Part shown: piece by piece, positions 48,161 to 57,718 of the stretch
Layout: each line of letters begins with the position of its first letter
Numbering within the stretch: position 1 is the stretch's first letter
Assembly (NCBI GenBank): GCA_966211215.1
Contig: CBIHNR010000001.1
Location: forward strand, 22,658 to 86,657
Source of the DNA: an uncultured Pedobacter sp.
Lineage (GTDB): Bacteria > Bacteroidota > Bacteroidia > Sphingobacteriales > Sphingobacteriaceae
Direction of reading: 5' to 3'
Length of the DNA stretch: 64,000 nucleotides
Notes under the pieces: generated by a model
Told to the model about the DNA's origin: nothing
Databases searched by the model: none
What the model saw: the letters and a program-made list of their open reading frames with translations, nothing else
Made by a program: the position numbers and the translations under genes

Positions 48161-51100
48161 TTATTTTATTATAACCTTACCTGAATATTGATTATTCAGT
48201 ATTAAGGTATAAATACCATCAGGCAAAGCCTGGCTTAAGGTAACATCGATATTACCCGTAACATTTCTAATTGATTTTGAATAGACAACCCGTCCTGTCA
48301 AATCAATTAGTTTCAACAACACATCCTTTCCAATCAAATCAGCATTAGTAGCAATAGTAAATCTATTGTTCACCACTGGGTTCGGGTAAATAATGGTGTG
48401 ATTTACTGCATCCTTTTCAGAGAGCCACTGAACAGCCACTACATCTTCAAGACTCTTTTGAGCAATCTGATTAGTTGTGAAGTTTTGTATTTCTGCTGCA
48501 CTCAATGCCCTGCTATAGATTTTAAACCCGTCAATAGAGCCTCTAAACATTGGGTCGTTAAATTGTGATTTACCCAGATAATTCTGCGTAGTGCTGCCAA
48601 TGGTTGACGGCTTAATCGTAACGCCGGTATTAGAGGCAACGGCAGTTCCATTGATGTATAAAGTACAGGTATTTCCGGATTGTGTAATAGCAAAATGTGT
48701 CCAGGTATTCAGTGGAAGGGTATAAGTAAAGCTCACCTGTTGCTCTGAGCCTCCATTCTTAATGGCATAACGTATCACATTAGCAGTTCCCGCCTGGATT
48801 GATAAAAACATATACTTGCTGGTTCCCGTACCAAAGTCGAATACCCGCATCCAGTTAGATTTAACATCCATTCTTACCCAGGTAGATATAGTAAAGTCAT
48901 TTAGCGTACTTACAATACCGGCTGGCAAGCTAGCATAAGAGGAAGCAGTTCCGTCCAGTTTAAGCGCGGTGCCTGAAAGTCCGGCATCGCGAGTTGCTGT
49001 TGCCTGCAAAGTAGCGTGAGTTGCACCCCAGCTATCAATACCACGCGTTCCGCTTGCCTCATCAAATTTCAAATAAGTGATTTGCCCTGTATTCGGCGTT
49101 GCTATCACCTGGCTACTATTAGGGTTTTCCCCCAGAGTGTTAGTAGCAGAAACTACATAGTAGTACGTACTTCCATTGCTAACATTGGTATCGGTAAATC
49201 TGGTATCCGTACCGGTTCCAATGTTTGTATAAGGCCCGCCAGAAGTAGTTGAACGTTTGATAGTGTAACTAAAATTCTGGATAGCATCCCATTCAAGGAT
49301 ATTTTTAGCATCGCCCGCTGCAACTATCACATTGTTTACAATAGTATATACTGTTAACGTTATAGTTTGCGCACCGCTAATACTGCCGTTGCCAGCGGTT
49401 AAAGCCACAGAAAAAGTGCCATATTCGGTAGGAGTGCCAGATATTACACCGGTACTAGTATTTACACTTAAACCAGCAGGCAGGCCAGTGGCTGTAAAAC
49501 TGTTTAGTGTGGCATTATTGGTAATGGTATAGGTAAATGGTGAGCCCATTACTGCTGTCGGTTGGGTATTGTTTGTGATGACAACCGTTAAAACTTGTGT
49601 TTGAGGTTGGGCTGCACCGTAAGCGCTATCTCCAGCCTGCGAAGCAGTAATGGTCGCCGTTCCGGTAGCAAGAATATGCACTTTGCCATTCACGATGCTT
49701 GCAACTGATTCATCTGAACTGGTGTAGGTCACCGCAAGTTCGGAAGAGGCAGTTGCTGCAGGATCAAAATCTGCATCTCCAAGCAGTTTGGTTCCAATTG
49801 CGGCAAAATTAATGGTCTGTGCTTGTTTAACCGTTAAAACCTGCGTTTGCGATTGGGCTGGCCAGTATATATCATTTCCTGCCTGTGAAGCAGTGATGGT
49901 TGCAGTTCCGGCAGCAACAATGTGAACCTTACCATTTACGATGCTTGCAACTGATGCATTCGAGCTCGTGTAGCTTACCGGAAGCCCTGAAGAAGCGGTA
50001 GCTGGCTCAAAATCTGCATCACCTGTTGCTTTTTCAGCAGTGGCAGCCAAAGTGATTGTTTGACTTGAATAACTTGCAGCAATTTCAGATGCTGTTAAGG
50101 CCCTGCCGAATATTTTAAACTCATCAATAGAGCCTCTAAACATCGGGTCGTTAAACTGTGATTTGCCCAGATAGTTCAAGTTAGTACTGCCTATCGTAGA
50201 AGGCTTAATGGTAACGCCAGTGTTTGTAGCCACTAAAGCTCCGTTGATATACATACTGCATGTACTTCCCGATTGAGTGATTGCAAAATGCGTCCAGGTA
50301 TTAAGTGGCAGGGTATAATTAAAGCTTACCTGCTGTTCCGATCCCCCATTCTTAATGGCATAACGCATCATATTAGCACTTCCAGCCTGGATCGATAAAA
50401 ACATATACTTGCTGGTTCCGGTACCAAAGTCAAATACACGCATCCAGTTGGATTTAACATCCATTCTTACCCAAGTTGATATGGTAAAGTCATTTAACGT
50501 ACTTACAATACCAGTTGGCAAAGTAGCATAAGAGGTAGAAGTTCCGTCCAGCTTAAGCGCAGTACCTGAACGGCCAGTATCACGCGTTGCTGTAGCCTGC
50601 AAAGTAGCATGATTGGTTCCCCAGGTATCCGTTGCCTGTGTTCCGCTAGCCTCATTAAATTTATAATAGGTTTGGCCTATGGCACGTGCATCCATTAAAA
50701 CAACATCGTTTCCGTCGCCACCTACATAGGTAATGATGAAATTATAACCGCCTACAGTAATGGTAGCCCATTCAGGCAAACCATTAAAAGTACCTGTTAT
50801 TGTTGCTGTTCCGGTATTGTCAATAAGGGTATAGTAAGTTCCGAAAGGCAAGGTCCCTGCAACGCCGGTTAGGGTTAAGTTGGGACTGCTATCAAGTGTT
50901 ACACCTGTTACAATGATTTTATCTGCGGTAGTATCTCCAAGATTAAGTTCCGCCTGATAGGTTGCATCTGCCTTTAAGGTAAGAGCTCCTATTTTCAAAG
51001 CACCAATGCCCAGATTTCCAGGCTCAAGCACAGCGCCGGGGCCACTTCCTGTGCCGATGGTAGCTGAACCGGTACTCTTACCCGTTCCACCAAAGCTTCC

Positions 51101-54100
51101 CTCCTGAACAACAACCGAGCTAGCAAAGGCGCCACTGGTTGGATTATTGTTTAACAGGAATTTCCCTTTTTTTACTGTTGTTGTACCGCCATATGTATGG
51201 TTTCCGCTGAAAATTAAATTTCCTGTACCTACTTTCTCTACATTTAAGAAATTGGCAAAAGTTCCGCTGAAATTTGTATTGGTATTTAATGCACCAATGC
51301 TGATTATCGGAGAGCCTCCGGCATTATTGCGGAGATATCCCCTTCCTGAAAGTCCGCCAAAATGCAGTGTACCTGACGAAAACTGAATGCTGTGACAATC
51401 AACGCCATTCGCATCCAATAACCAATGAGCATTGGCACTTCCCGATTGCGGCACTTCAAAACGCACACGCTGGTTGCCGCTGCGCAGTTTCGATATAAAT
51501 GTTCCTGTAAATCCGCTGTTATCTCCGTAGAGATGCAATCCCGCATAGGTATTACCATCGTGTTCAAGGGTACCAGTTCCAAGCAGCTTTCCCCTAAGGT
51601 TTAAGGCATAGCTGGTTTCATACATATAGCTTCTCTTGCCAGCAGTAACCTCAATATCGTTGTAAATGGTAGCATCGCCCCATTCAGAGTATAATGAACC
51701 TCCGTTCAATATAATTTTTCCCGTTCCCAATGGGCCAGCTGTTGGCGCACTCTGGGTTCCTGTTCCGATACCGGCTATTCCAATCCCATTTTTTGGAGGC
51801 CAGCCACCGCTGTTCCCATTAATAGTAGTCCCACCAGAATAGGTATTCGCTCCTGAAATAAAGAGCAGGCGTCCTCCTGTTTTTAAAAGGCTTCCTGTAC
51901 CGCTGATGAGGCCTGAGAGGTAAATATCCTCAGTATTGGTATTCACATTCAGCTGGCTGTTTAAAACCAAGGGTGTACTTATGGTCTGTTTGATTGGAGA
52001 GTTGTTGACAAGGTCATTCTTCAACGTAATGCTGTTGCCACTAATAGAGTATGAATTTGCATTAGCATCGAAAAGAATCTTTGAAGCTACCATGCCAGTG
52101 ATATCATTGGTTAAAACGGTATCGCTTGCTGCGCTGAATGTTAAAATGGCCGGGTTTACCGGAAGTGAATTTTCAACCCAGTTTGCTGCCAGGTTCAGAT
52201 TGGTGGCAACCGGTGTTGGGCTCCAGGTACGGGTGCTTGCACCCGGTACCCCGAATGCTTCGGCTGAATTAGCACTTTCCTGGGTATTGCCCATAGAAGA
52301 TACTACATAGTAATAAGGGCTTCCGCTGGTAACGTTGGTATCTGTATAGCTGGTGGTTGAAACCGTAGCTATAAGCGTATACGGCCCTCCGCTTACAGTA
52401 CCTCTCTTTACCTTATAAGTTAAAGCACCGGAAGCTGCATTCCAGCTCAAACCAATGGAGTTGCTGTTATTAACTACTACTGGTGTTGATGGCACTGCTG
52501 GTGGCACAGATGCTGAAACCACATTGGAATTTCCGCTTTCCAGTGTTCCGGCTAAGGCAGTTACCACATAGTAATTGCTAACCTCCGGCTGTGGGCTGGC
52601 ATCAATAAAGGATGTTCCGACGATGCCTGTTTGTATGGCAGTAAAAGGGCCGCCTGATGAAAGGGACCTCTTTACCGTGTAGCTGCTGGCATTAGTTACC
52701 GCTGGCCATGAAACACTTATACGGGTAACATTATTTACGGCCGCAGTTACTCCTGATGGAGCAGCAGGAGCTACATTATTGGTTGCATTAATGATCAAAG
52801 TGGCTGTGCCAGTTCCGCTTGCATTGGTAGCCCCTAAAGTAACCACTGATTGTCCCATTGCTGTGGGTGTACCGGAAATAAGCCCGGTAGAGGTATTAAT
52901 ACTTAATCCTGCCGGCAAGCCAGTGGCACTATAGGAAGATGGGCTGGCACTTGCAGTGATGTTATAGCTGAAGGACGAACCTAAGATAGCTGCGGCTGTG
53001 GTAGCGCTGCTGATCTCCGGAGATCCGGTGGGTGCTGTTTGACTATAGGCCACATTACTGAACGTGGCGGTGTTCAACGCTGAACTGTTGTTAGAGACGG
53101 TATAAAATCCCGCATACAGGTTTGTCGGGAAACCTGTTGCAGAATAGGCACAACCAATATTGGTCCAATTAGTACCATCCTGCGAATGATAGGTGAATAT
53201 GCGGGTTCCTACACGCTCAATTTTTAACCACCAGGGTGCTTTGGGTTGCCAATGCTTCCCTACACCGCCTGTAGCGGCAAGGTAAATATCCCAAAAAGCA
53301 GAACCGGGTGACAGCGATTCGCGCAGCATGACGCCGCAGCCTCCACTAATTGGCGACACACTGTTAACTTTTACTACCAGGCCGGCATCTCCACTAACTT
53401 TTTTGAAATTGAAATTAAAAGCAGTACTGGTGGAAGTTCCCGCACCTTTAATTGTCCAAACTCCGTTACTGTATGAAGCGCTGCCTGCCAGTCCGGTATT
53501 ACCGATATCCATATTGGTGAGGCCGTTGCTTACCGGTTGCACATGATCGGCAGGGTAAAACACCTGCGGCAAAGTAACTGCCGTAGAAGTATCGGATGAT
53601 TTCAGGTATAAGAAATCGCCACCGGCACCGCCCAAAGCAGCCCGCATCCGGTCGGTTTGAGGGGTAAGTATCCCCTTACGTACCTTATAAGCGCTGTAAA
53701 TTAGATTGGTCATATCGCCCACCCTTGCTCCGGGGGCAATCCCCCAGTTGGTCCAGTAACTGGCATAACCTCCAAAGGGAATATAGGTCATGGTAGCTCC
53801 ATCAAAGGCGTACTTATGATACAACTCGCCGATAGCCAATACCCGGTTATCCAACTCGGCAAACATATCTACCTTCTGCTTGTAAGCAACTTCTGCGCCC
53901 CAGGCCAGGGCTGCAGCTTGCACACGCCAATGGTCGTCGCGGCCGGTATCACCTACTTCGCCATTGGGCAGGGAGTTGCGCATACCTCCTCCTGCATCCA
54001 TCCTGTACACTTCAATCGACTGATTAAATTTGGTGACATCATTACAAAAAACCGATGCGGCAAGGGCTATTTTTAGCTGAATAGCACCTTTGTTCTGGTC

Positions 54101-54688
54101 GCGTAATGGATTAGGCACCCAGGAAGTCGGAAATAAGACTTGAGAAAAATAATTTTCTACATGCTGTGTATTGGCTGCGGTCCAGCCGGGAAAGGTATAG
54201 CGAAGTATCTCTGCACCTGTGCCCCAATACTGAGCATAGTCGCCAATATCCAGCATAGATTCATTGCCACCCCAAACAGTATTGGTAACCGCCCAGGCAT
54301 CCAGCATATTGGTGGCTTTACGGGCATAAGCACTATCCCCTGTAAAAACATACATGAAGGCCAAGTTATGGATAGCCTGCATGTCGCTCTTCCACTGGGT
54401 ATTGTTTAAGTTCGGTGCCCGGGTTACCGTAGCAAATGGCCCCTGCATCCCATAGGTAAGCTTAGACCTGGAATCATTTTTAAATGCGTTGTAAGCGGAA
54501 AGCCAGGGTTCCTGGGTAATGTTGGCTTTCAACTGATTGAGATCGGTTTGGGTAAAAGGTATGCCCGGGTGGACAAAGGTTTGAGCATCTGATGTTTTGG
54601 GGCTCATTAGGACAAGCATACCCAAAAAAATGATGATCAGATTTTCTTTCGAAATCAGCTTTAGCTGACGAAGTAAAATTTTCCTCAT
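48161..54688 (-). CDS. 2175-aa secreted multidomain protein. It has an alginate-lyase/heparinase-like alpha-toroid head, a ConA-like beta-sandwich, putative-Ig and FN3 domains, an autotransporter-associated beta-strand-repeat (PATR) region, two LamG-like domains, two Big-like domains and a T9SS C-terminal sorting domain
   Basis: Domain layout by aa. Signal peptide 1-35. Residues 36-375 carry an alginate-lyase-like motif pattern (AIHNLAFMYVFTGDSAYARKATNMLDAWA). Residues 385-548 form a jelly-roll. Residues 556-636 and 1706-1781 carry ATGLPAGLS.NTSTG.ISGTPT putative-Ig repeats. Three FN3 domains contain Y.V.RS...GGP.T motifs. Residues 820-1335 hold PATR-type repeats (G.G.L.K.G...L..SG.NTY.GGTT) ending in YVGGDGNDVVL. 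LamG-like domains lie at 1338-1537 and 1868-2068. Residues 2095-2175 form a T9SS CTD (IIYPNPVVNNRFTI...GIYTLIL...GKVIIK). Confidence 0.9.
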   Translation of the reverse strand: MRKILLRQLKLISKENLIIIFLGMLVLMSPKTSDAQTFVHPGIPFTQTDLNQLKANITQEPWLSAYNAFKNDSRSKLTYGMQGPFATVTRAPNLNNTQWKSDMQAIHNLAFMYVFTGDSAYARKATNMLDAWAVTNTVWGGNESMLDIGDYAQYWGTGAEILRYTFPGWTAANTQHVENYFSQVLFPTSWVPNPLRDQNKGAIQLKIALAASVFCNDVTKFNQSIEVYRMDAGGGMRNSLPNGEVGDTGRDDHWRVQAAALAWGAEVAYKQKVDMFAELDNRVLAIGELYHKYAFDGATMTYIPFGGYASYWTNWGIAPGARVGDMTNLIYSAYKVRKGILTPQTDRMRAALGGAGGDFLYLKSSDTSTAVTLPQVFYPADHVQPVSNGLTNMDIGNTGLAGSASYSNGVWTIKGAGTSTSTAFNFNFKKVSGDAGLVVKVNSVSPISGGCGVMLRESLSPGSAFWDIYLAATGGVGKHWQPKAPWWLKIERVGTRIFTYHSQDGTNWTNIGCAYSATGFPTNLYAGFYTVSNNSSALNTATFSNVAYSQTAPTGSPEISSATTAAAILGSSFSYNITASASPSSYSATGLPAGLSINTSTGLISGTPTAMGQSVVTLGATNASGTGTATLIINATNNVAPAAPSGVTAAVNNVTRISVSWPAVTNASSYTVKRSLSSGGPFTAIQTGIVGTSFIDASPQPEVSNYYVVTALAGTLESGNSNVVSASVPPAVPSTPVVVNNSNSIGLSWNAASGALTYKVKRGTVSGGPYTLIATVSTTSYTDTNVTSGSPYYYVVSSMGNTQESANSAEAFGVPGASTRTWSPTPVATNLNLAANWVENSLPVNPAILTFSAASDTVLTNDITGMVASKILFDANANSYSISGNSITLKNDLVNNSPIKQTISTPLVLNSQLNVNTNTEDIYLSGLISGTGSLLKTGGRLLFISGANTYSGGTTINGNSGGWPPKNGIGIAGIGTGTQSAPTAGPLGTGKIILNGGSLYSEWGDATIYNDIEVTAGKRSYMYETSYALNLRGKLLGTGTLEHDGNTYAGLHLYGDNSGFTGTFISKLRSGNQRVRFEVPQSGSANAHWLLDANGVDCHSIQFSSGTLHFGGLSGRGYLRNNAGGSPIISIGALNTNTNFSGTFANFLNVEKVGTGNLIFSGNHTYGGTTTVKKGKFLLNNNPTSGAFASSVVVQEGSFGGTGKSTGSATIGTGSGPGAVLEPGNLGIGALKIGALTLKADATYQAELNLGDTTADKIIVTGVTLDSSPNLTLTGVAGTLPFGTYYTLIDNTGTATITGTFNGLPEWATITVGGYNFIITYVGGDGNDVVLMDARAIGQTYYKFNEASGTQATDTWGTNHATLQATATRDTGRSGTALKLDGTSTSYATLPTGIVSTLNDFTISTWVRMDVKSNWMRVFDFGTGTSKYMFLSIQAGSANMMRYAIKNGGSEQQVSFNYTLPLNTWTHFAITQSGSTCSMYINGALVATNTGVTIKPSTIGSTNLNYLGKSQFNDPMFRGSIDEFKIFGRALTASEIAASYSSQTITLAATAEKATGDADFEPATASSGLPVSYTSSNASVASIVNGKVHIVAAGTATITASQAGNDIYWPAQSQTQVLTVKQAQTINFAAIGTKLLGDADFDPAATASSELAVTYTSSDESVASIVNGKVHILATGTATITASQAGDSAYGAAQPQTQVLTVVITNNTQPTAVMGSPFTYTITNNATLNSFTATGLPAGLSVNTSTGVISGTPTEYGTFSVALTAGNGSISGAQTITLTVYTIVNNVIVAAGDAKNILEWDAIQNFSYTIKRSTTSGGPYTNIGTGTDTRFTDTNVSNGSTYYYVVSATNTLGENPNSSQVIATPNTGQITYLKFDEASGTRGIDSWGATHATLQATATRDAGLSGTALKLDGTASSYASLPAGIVSTLNDFTISTWVRMDVKSNWMRVFDFGTGTSKYMFLSIQAGTANVIRYAIKNGGSEQQVSFTYTLPLNTWTHFAITQSGNTCTLYINGTAVASNTGVTIKPSTIGSTTQNYLGKSQFNDPMFRGSIDGFKIYSRALSAAEIQNFTTNQIAQKSLEDVVAVQWLSEKDAVNHTIIYPNPVVNNRFTIATNADLIGKDVLLKLIDLTGRVVYSKSIRNVTGNIDVTLSQALPDGIYTLILNNQYSGKVIIK
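48485..49087 (-). repeat. LamG-module DNA repeat, copy B (pairs with 50078..50680)
   Basis: ~600 nt, roughly 80-85% identical by eye to copy A at a constant 1593-nt offset. For example, GATAAAAACATATACTTGCTGGTTCC occurs at 48801 and 50394. Confidence 0.85.
50078..50680 (-). repeat. LamG-module DNA repeat, copy A
   Basis: See copy B. The proteins are ~85% identical over ~200 aa, with a long identical block IVSTLNDFTISTWVRMDVKSNWMRVFDFGTGTSKYMFLSIQAG. Confidence 0.85.
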
Positions 54689-54945
54689 AGAATTAAGAGT
54701 TTAAATTGGTTTATAATAGTCTAATTCTTGGAGTAGGTTGTATCATAGACACTTGTATTTGCCTTTTATACTCTAAAGAAAATTTTTTTTGCTTTTTAAG
54801 TCGCTGAAAGAAATAATTTAATTCTTATGCAAGGAAGAAGCCTGCAAGCTACAAACGAAGCCGCTAGCAATTTGAACAATATGATATAGAATGCTATCTT
54901 TTATGAAGCATAGCTAATTAATACAGGCTTTTGTCCAGGAAAAGG

Positions 54946-55110
54946 TCAGGGAATTCGCTTTTAAAAAAATAGTAAGGAGAAATTCAATGAAAGAACCCAT
55001 AGGAGAGGCAAAAGTGTATGACATCTTCTTCCGCAGGACTCCCTCGGAGAGATGTCTGACACTTATATACGGCTCTGCGTTATTTCTTAAGTTAAAAGCG
55101 AATTCCCTGA
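54946..55110. mobile_element. MITE-like 165-bp element with 19-bp perfect terminal inverted repeats and an 8-bp flanking direct repeat
   Basis: Left TIR is TCAGGGAATTCGCTTTTAA (54946..54964). Right TIR is TTAAAAGCGAATTCCCTGA (55092..55110). GGAAAAGG abuts the element on both sides (54938..54945 and 55111..55118). No transposase is encoded. Confidence 0.6.
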
Positions 55111-55679
55111 GGAAAAGGTGATCTTTTGTCACATTAATTGGTTTATTTCGAGTATCGGATGACGTTCATTATCGCTCAAAACATATAGGTATTATGTTTT
55201 CTTTTAAGGACTTAAGCGATATTGGAAGGTTAATAAATTGTTATTGTTGTTACTGGTTTTGTTTGGAGCAATAAATACTTTCTGAGCGGTAAAACTTTTT
55301 TCACAAATCGTTGTAAATTAACTAAGCATGTAAGAGAGTATCCTAAAAAGAGTCTGATTTATAATGGGGTGAATATTAGATAGTAAAGGCTGTCGGGAGG
55401 TGTTTGCATGCTTGTAAAGCAAGTTCTTATGGAGATATCTAATTTTCCCCTTAATCAATGCGTGTGGCTAAGACTGATTTTCGTCAGCATGTTTTCGGCT
55501 TGGCAGGCTTCTTTGGCCTGGGCACAACTATCTAAAGAGCTCATAGTAAACTTCGTGCGGTTGGCATGGCCTTACAAAAACAAACTTGAAGTCTCGGCCG
55601 TTGTCCAAAAACTTTTAAAACACAGAGATATAGAGGTTGAAGGGATCAAAATTCCCAGAAGGGTTTATGGGAGGGCGAC

Positions 55680-56252
55680 ATGGCGGTATTAGGAAAAATA
55701 AAACATCGGTTATCGTGTAGTTTGATATATCCAGCCAGATATTTGATCGGGCTGTCCTTCATTTTACTAACTGTTGGCATGGTGCAACCAAGGGTCATCC
55801 CTTCTAAGGAGTACCAGATTAAGGCTGTCTTTTTATACAATTTTACCCAGTTTGTAGAGTGGCCTGTTAATTCTTTTAATGAAGCAGAATCGCCTTTGGT
55901 GATTGGCGTGCTTGGTAAAAATCCTTTCGGTACTTATTTGAGTGAAACCGTTCGTGATGAGAAAATAAACGGCCATCCGCTTATAGTAAAGTATTATTCT
56001 AAAGTAGAAGACGCTGAAGGCTGCCACATTCTTTTTGTAAACCAACCCAAAACAACCGACCTGAAAAAACTTTTATCCCAGCTAAAGAGCCGAAGTATCC
56101 TCACCGTGAGTGATGCTTCAGGTTTTATTCAAGATGGCGGCATGATTCAATTTTTAACCAAGAGCAATAAAATCAGGCTTTTAATCAATTCGGAAATGGC
56201 AAAGGCTTCCGGCTTAACTATCAGTTCAAAGCTGCTTCGTTTATCAGAATAA
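55680..56252 (+). CDS. YfiR-family (DUF4154) periplasmic protein
   Basis: Signal/anchor segment, then the hallmark IKAVFLYNFTQFVEWP motif and ...ILTVSD...F...GGMI.F. typical of YfiR-like proteins. It is followed 18 nt later by a sensor kinase. Confidence 0.8.
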   Translation: MAVLGKIKHRLSCSLIYPARYLIGLSFILLTVGMVQPRVIPSKEYQIKAVFLYNFTQFVEWPVNSFNEAESPLVIGVLGKNPFGTYLSETVRDEKINGHPLIVKYYSKVEDAEGCHILFVNQPKTTDLKKLLSQLKSRSILTVSDASGFIQDGGMIQFLTKSNKIRLLINSEMAKASGLTISSKLLRLSE

Positions 56253-56269
56253 CAACCAGAAACCGACTA

Positions 56270-57706
56270 ATGATATTAAAAAACACACCAATTCGACGAA
56301 AGTTAATGGCCGTTATTTTGCTAGTAAGCGGCGCTGTATTGCTATTGACGTGTGCAGCCTTTATTGCTTATGAGTATTTCACGTTTCGAAAGAACATGAT
56401 TAACCAGCTTTCTACACTTGGTGAAATTATTGCAGATAACAGCACTGCTGCTCTGGCTTTTGATAGCCAGGATGATGCTAATCAAATTCTGGCTGCGCTG
56501 GATGCCGAGCCTCATGTAGTAGCTGCAGGGCTTTACGATGAAGAGGGAAATTTGTTTGCCCACTATCCTGATCGCTTACCGCTGAAAAGTCTCCCAGCTG
56601 CTTCTGCAAAGAAGAGGTTTTTCTTCGAGAACGGTTTCCTGCATGGATTTTTGCCGGTAATGCAGTCCGACAAGAAATTGGGTTCGCTTTACTTAAGGTC
56701 AAATATGGATGCAGTGTATGCCCGTTTTAAGCTGTATGGGGAGATCGCGGCTTTGGTAGTTGCAGTATGTATTTTATTAGCCTATTTTCTTTCGCGAATT
56801 CTGCAAAAGGGTATCTCCGACCCCATACTTTCTCTTGCTGAAACCGCACAGGCAGTATCATCCAAGCAGGATTATTCTCTAAGGGCTCCCAAATTTGGTG
56901 AGGACGAAATTGGCTTTCTCGCTGATGACTTTAACCAAATGCTGGAACGTATTCAGAGCCAGAATCAAGAAATAGTGTCCTTTAACCAAAAATTGGAGCA
57001 AAAAGTGGAAGAGCGCACTATGCAGCTGGCAGAAGCAAATAAAGAGCTGGAATCATTTTCCTATTCGGTGTCGCACGATTTACGGGCTCCCCTCAGAGCC
57101 GTAAATGGTTATGCAAAAATTTTGGAAGAGGATTTTGGGACTGTACTTGATGATGAAGGCCGGAGGTTGCTTACCGTGATTCAGGATAACGCCAAGCGAA
57201 TGGGGCTTTTAATTGACGATTTGCTTTCTTTTTCCAGGCTGGGCCGCAAAGATATAGTGAAGTCTTATGTCGATATGAATGGGCTTGTTAAATCGGTAAA
57301 GGATGACATTGAGAAAACAACGCCTCACCGGGCCAGGATAATAATCCATCCGCTTAATCCGTTGGTGGCCGACCGCTCTTTGATAAACCAGGTGATGGTA
57401 AACCTGTTATCCAATGCGATTAAATATTCTTCAGGGGCTGAAAGTCCGGTGGTGGAAATAAAATCATATAAAGAAGACGGAGAAGTTGTTTATGAAGTGA
57501 AGGATAACGGCGCGGGTTTTAACAACCTGTACGTAAATAAGTTATTTGGGGTATTTCAACGGTTGCATTCGAATGAAGAGTTTGAAGGTACAGGTGTGGG
57601 ACTTGCGCTGGTAAAGCGTATAATAACAAAGCATGGGGGAAGGGTGTGGGCTAATGGTGAGGTAAACAAAGGCGCTACATTTTATTTTGGTTTGCCTGAT
57701 AATTAA
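56270..57706 (+). CDS. sensor histidine kinase (TM / CHASE8-like periplasmic domain / TM / HAMP / HisKA / HATPase_c)
   Basis: The periplasmic segment NSTAALAFDSQDDANQILAALDAEPHVVAAGLYDEEGNLFAHYP resembles the CHASE8-type domain recalled for YfiN-like proteins. HAMP is present (ISDPILSLAETAQAV...). The H-box is SHDLRAPLR, the N-box LLSNAIKYS, and the G-boxes DNGAGF and GTGVGLA. Confidence 0.88.
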   Translation: MILKNTPIRRKLMAVILLVSGAVLLLTCAAFIAYEYFTFRKNMINQLSTLGEIIADNSTAALAFDSQDDANQILAALDAEPHVVAAGLYDEEGNLFAHYPDRLPLKSLPAASAKKRFFFENGFLHGFLPVMQSDKKLGSLYLRSNMDAVYARFKLYGEIAALVVAVCILLAYFLSRILQKGISDPILSLAETAQAVSSKQDYSLRAPKFGEDEIGFLADDFNQMLERIQSQNQEIVSFNQKLEQKVEERTMQLAEANKELESFSYSVSHDLRAPLRAVNGYAKILEEDFGTVLDDEGRRLLTVIQDNAKRMGLLIDDLLSFSRLGRKDIVKSYVDMNGLVKSVKDDIEKTTPHRARIIIHPLNPLVADRSLINQVMVNLLSNAIKYSSGAESPVVEIKSYKEDGEVVYEVKDNGAGFNNLYVNKLFGVFQRLHSNEEFEGTGVGLALVKRIITKHGGRVWANGEVNKGATFYFGLPDN

Positions 57707-57718
57707 AGTACATAATTC

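Noticed and set aside
54914-55132. 72-aa minus-strand ORF in the giant-gene / yfiR intergenic region
   Set aside because: It spans the whole MITE-like element including both inverted repeats, so it is most simply an artefact of the element sequence.
55271-55283. 13-mer ATAAATACTTTCT shared with 60967..60979 (and AAATACTTTC again at ~61031), flanking the signalling cluster
   Set aside because: By rough count, exact 13-mer matches are expected tens of times by chance in 64 kb of AT-rich sequence, so this is not significant on its own.
55408-55692. 94-aa ORF with a signal-peptide-like stretch (SAWQASLAWAQ) overlapping the yfiR start
   Set aside because: There are no recognisable motifs, no promoter box or coupling signal, and it overlaps the better-supported YfiR-like start. 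It cannot be supported from sequence alone, though it is worth a look if ribosome profiling exists.
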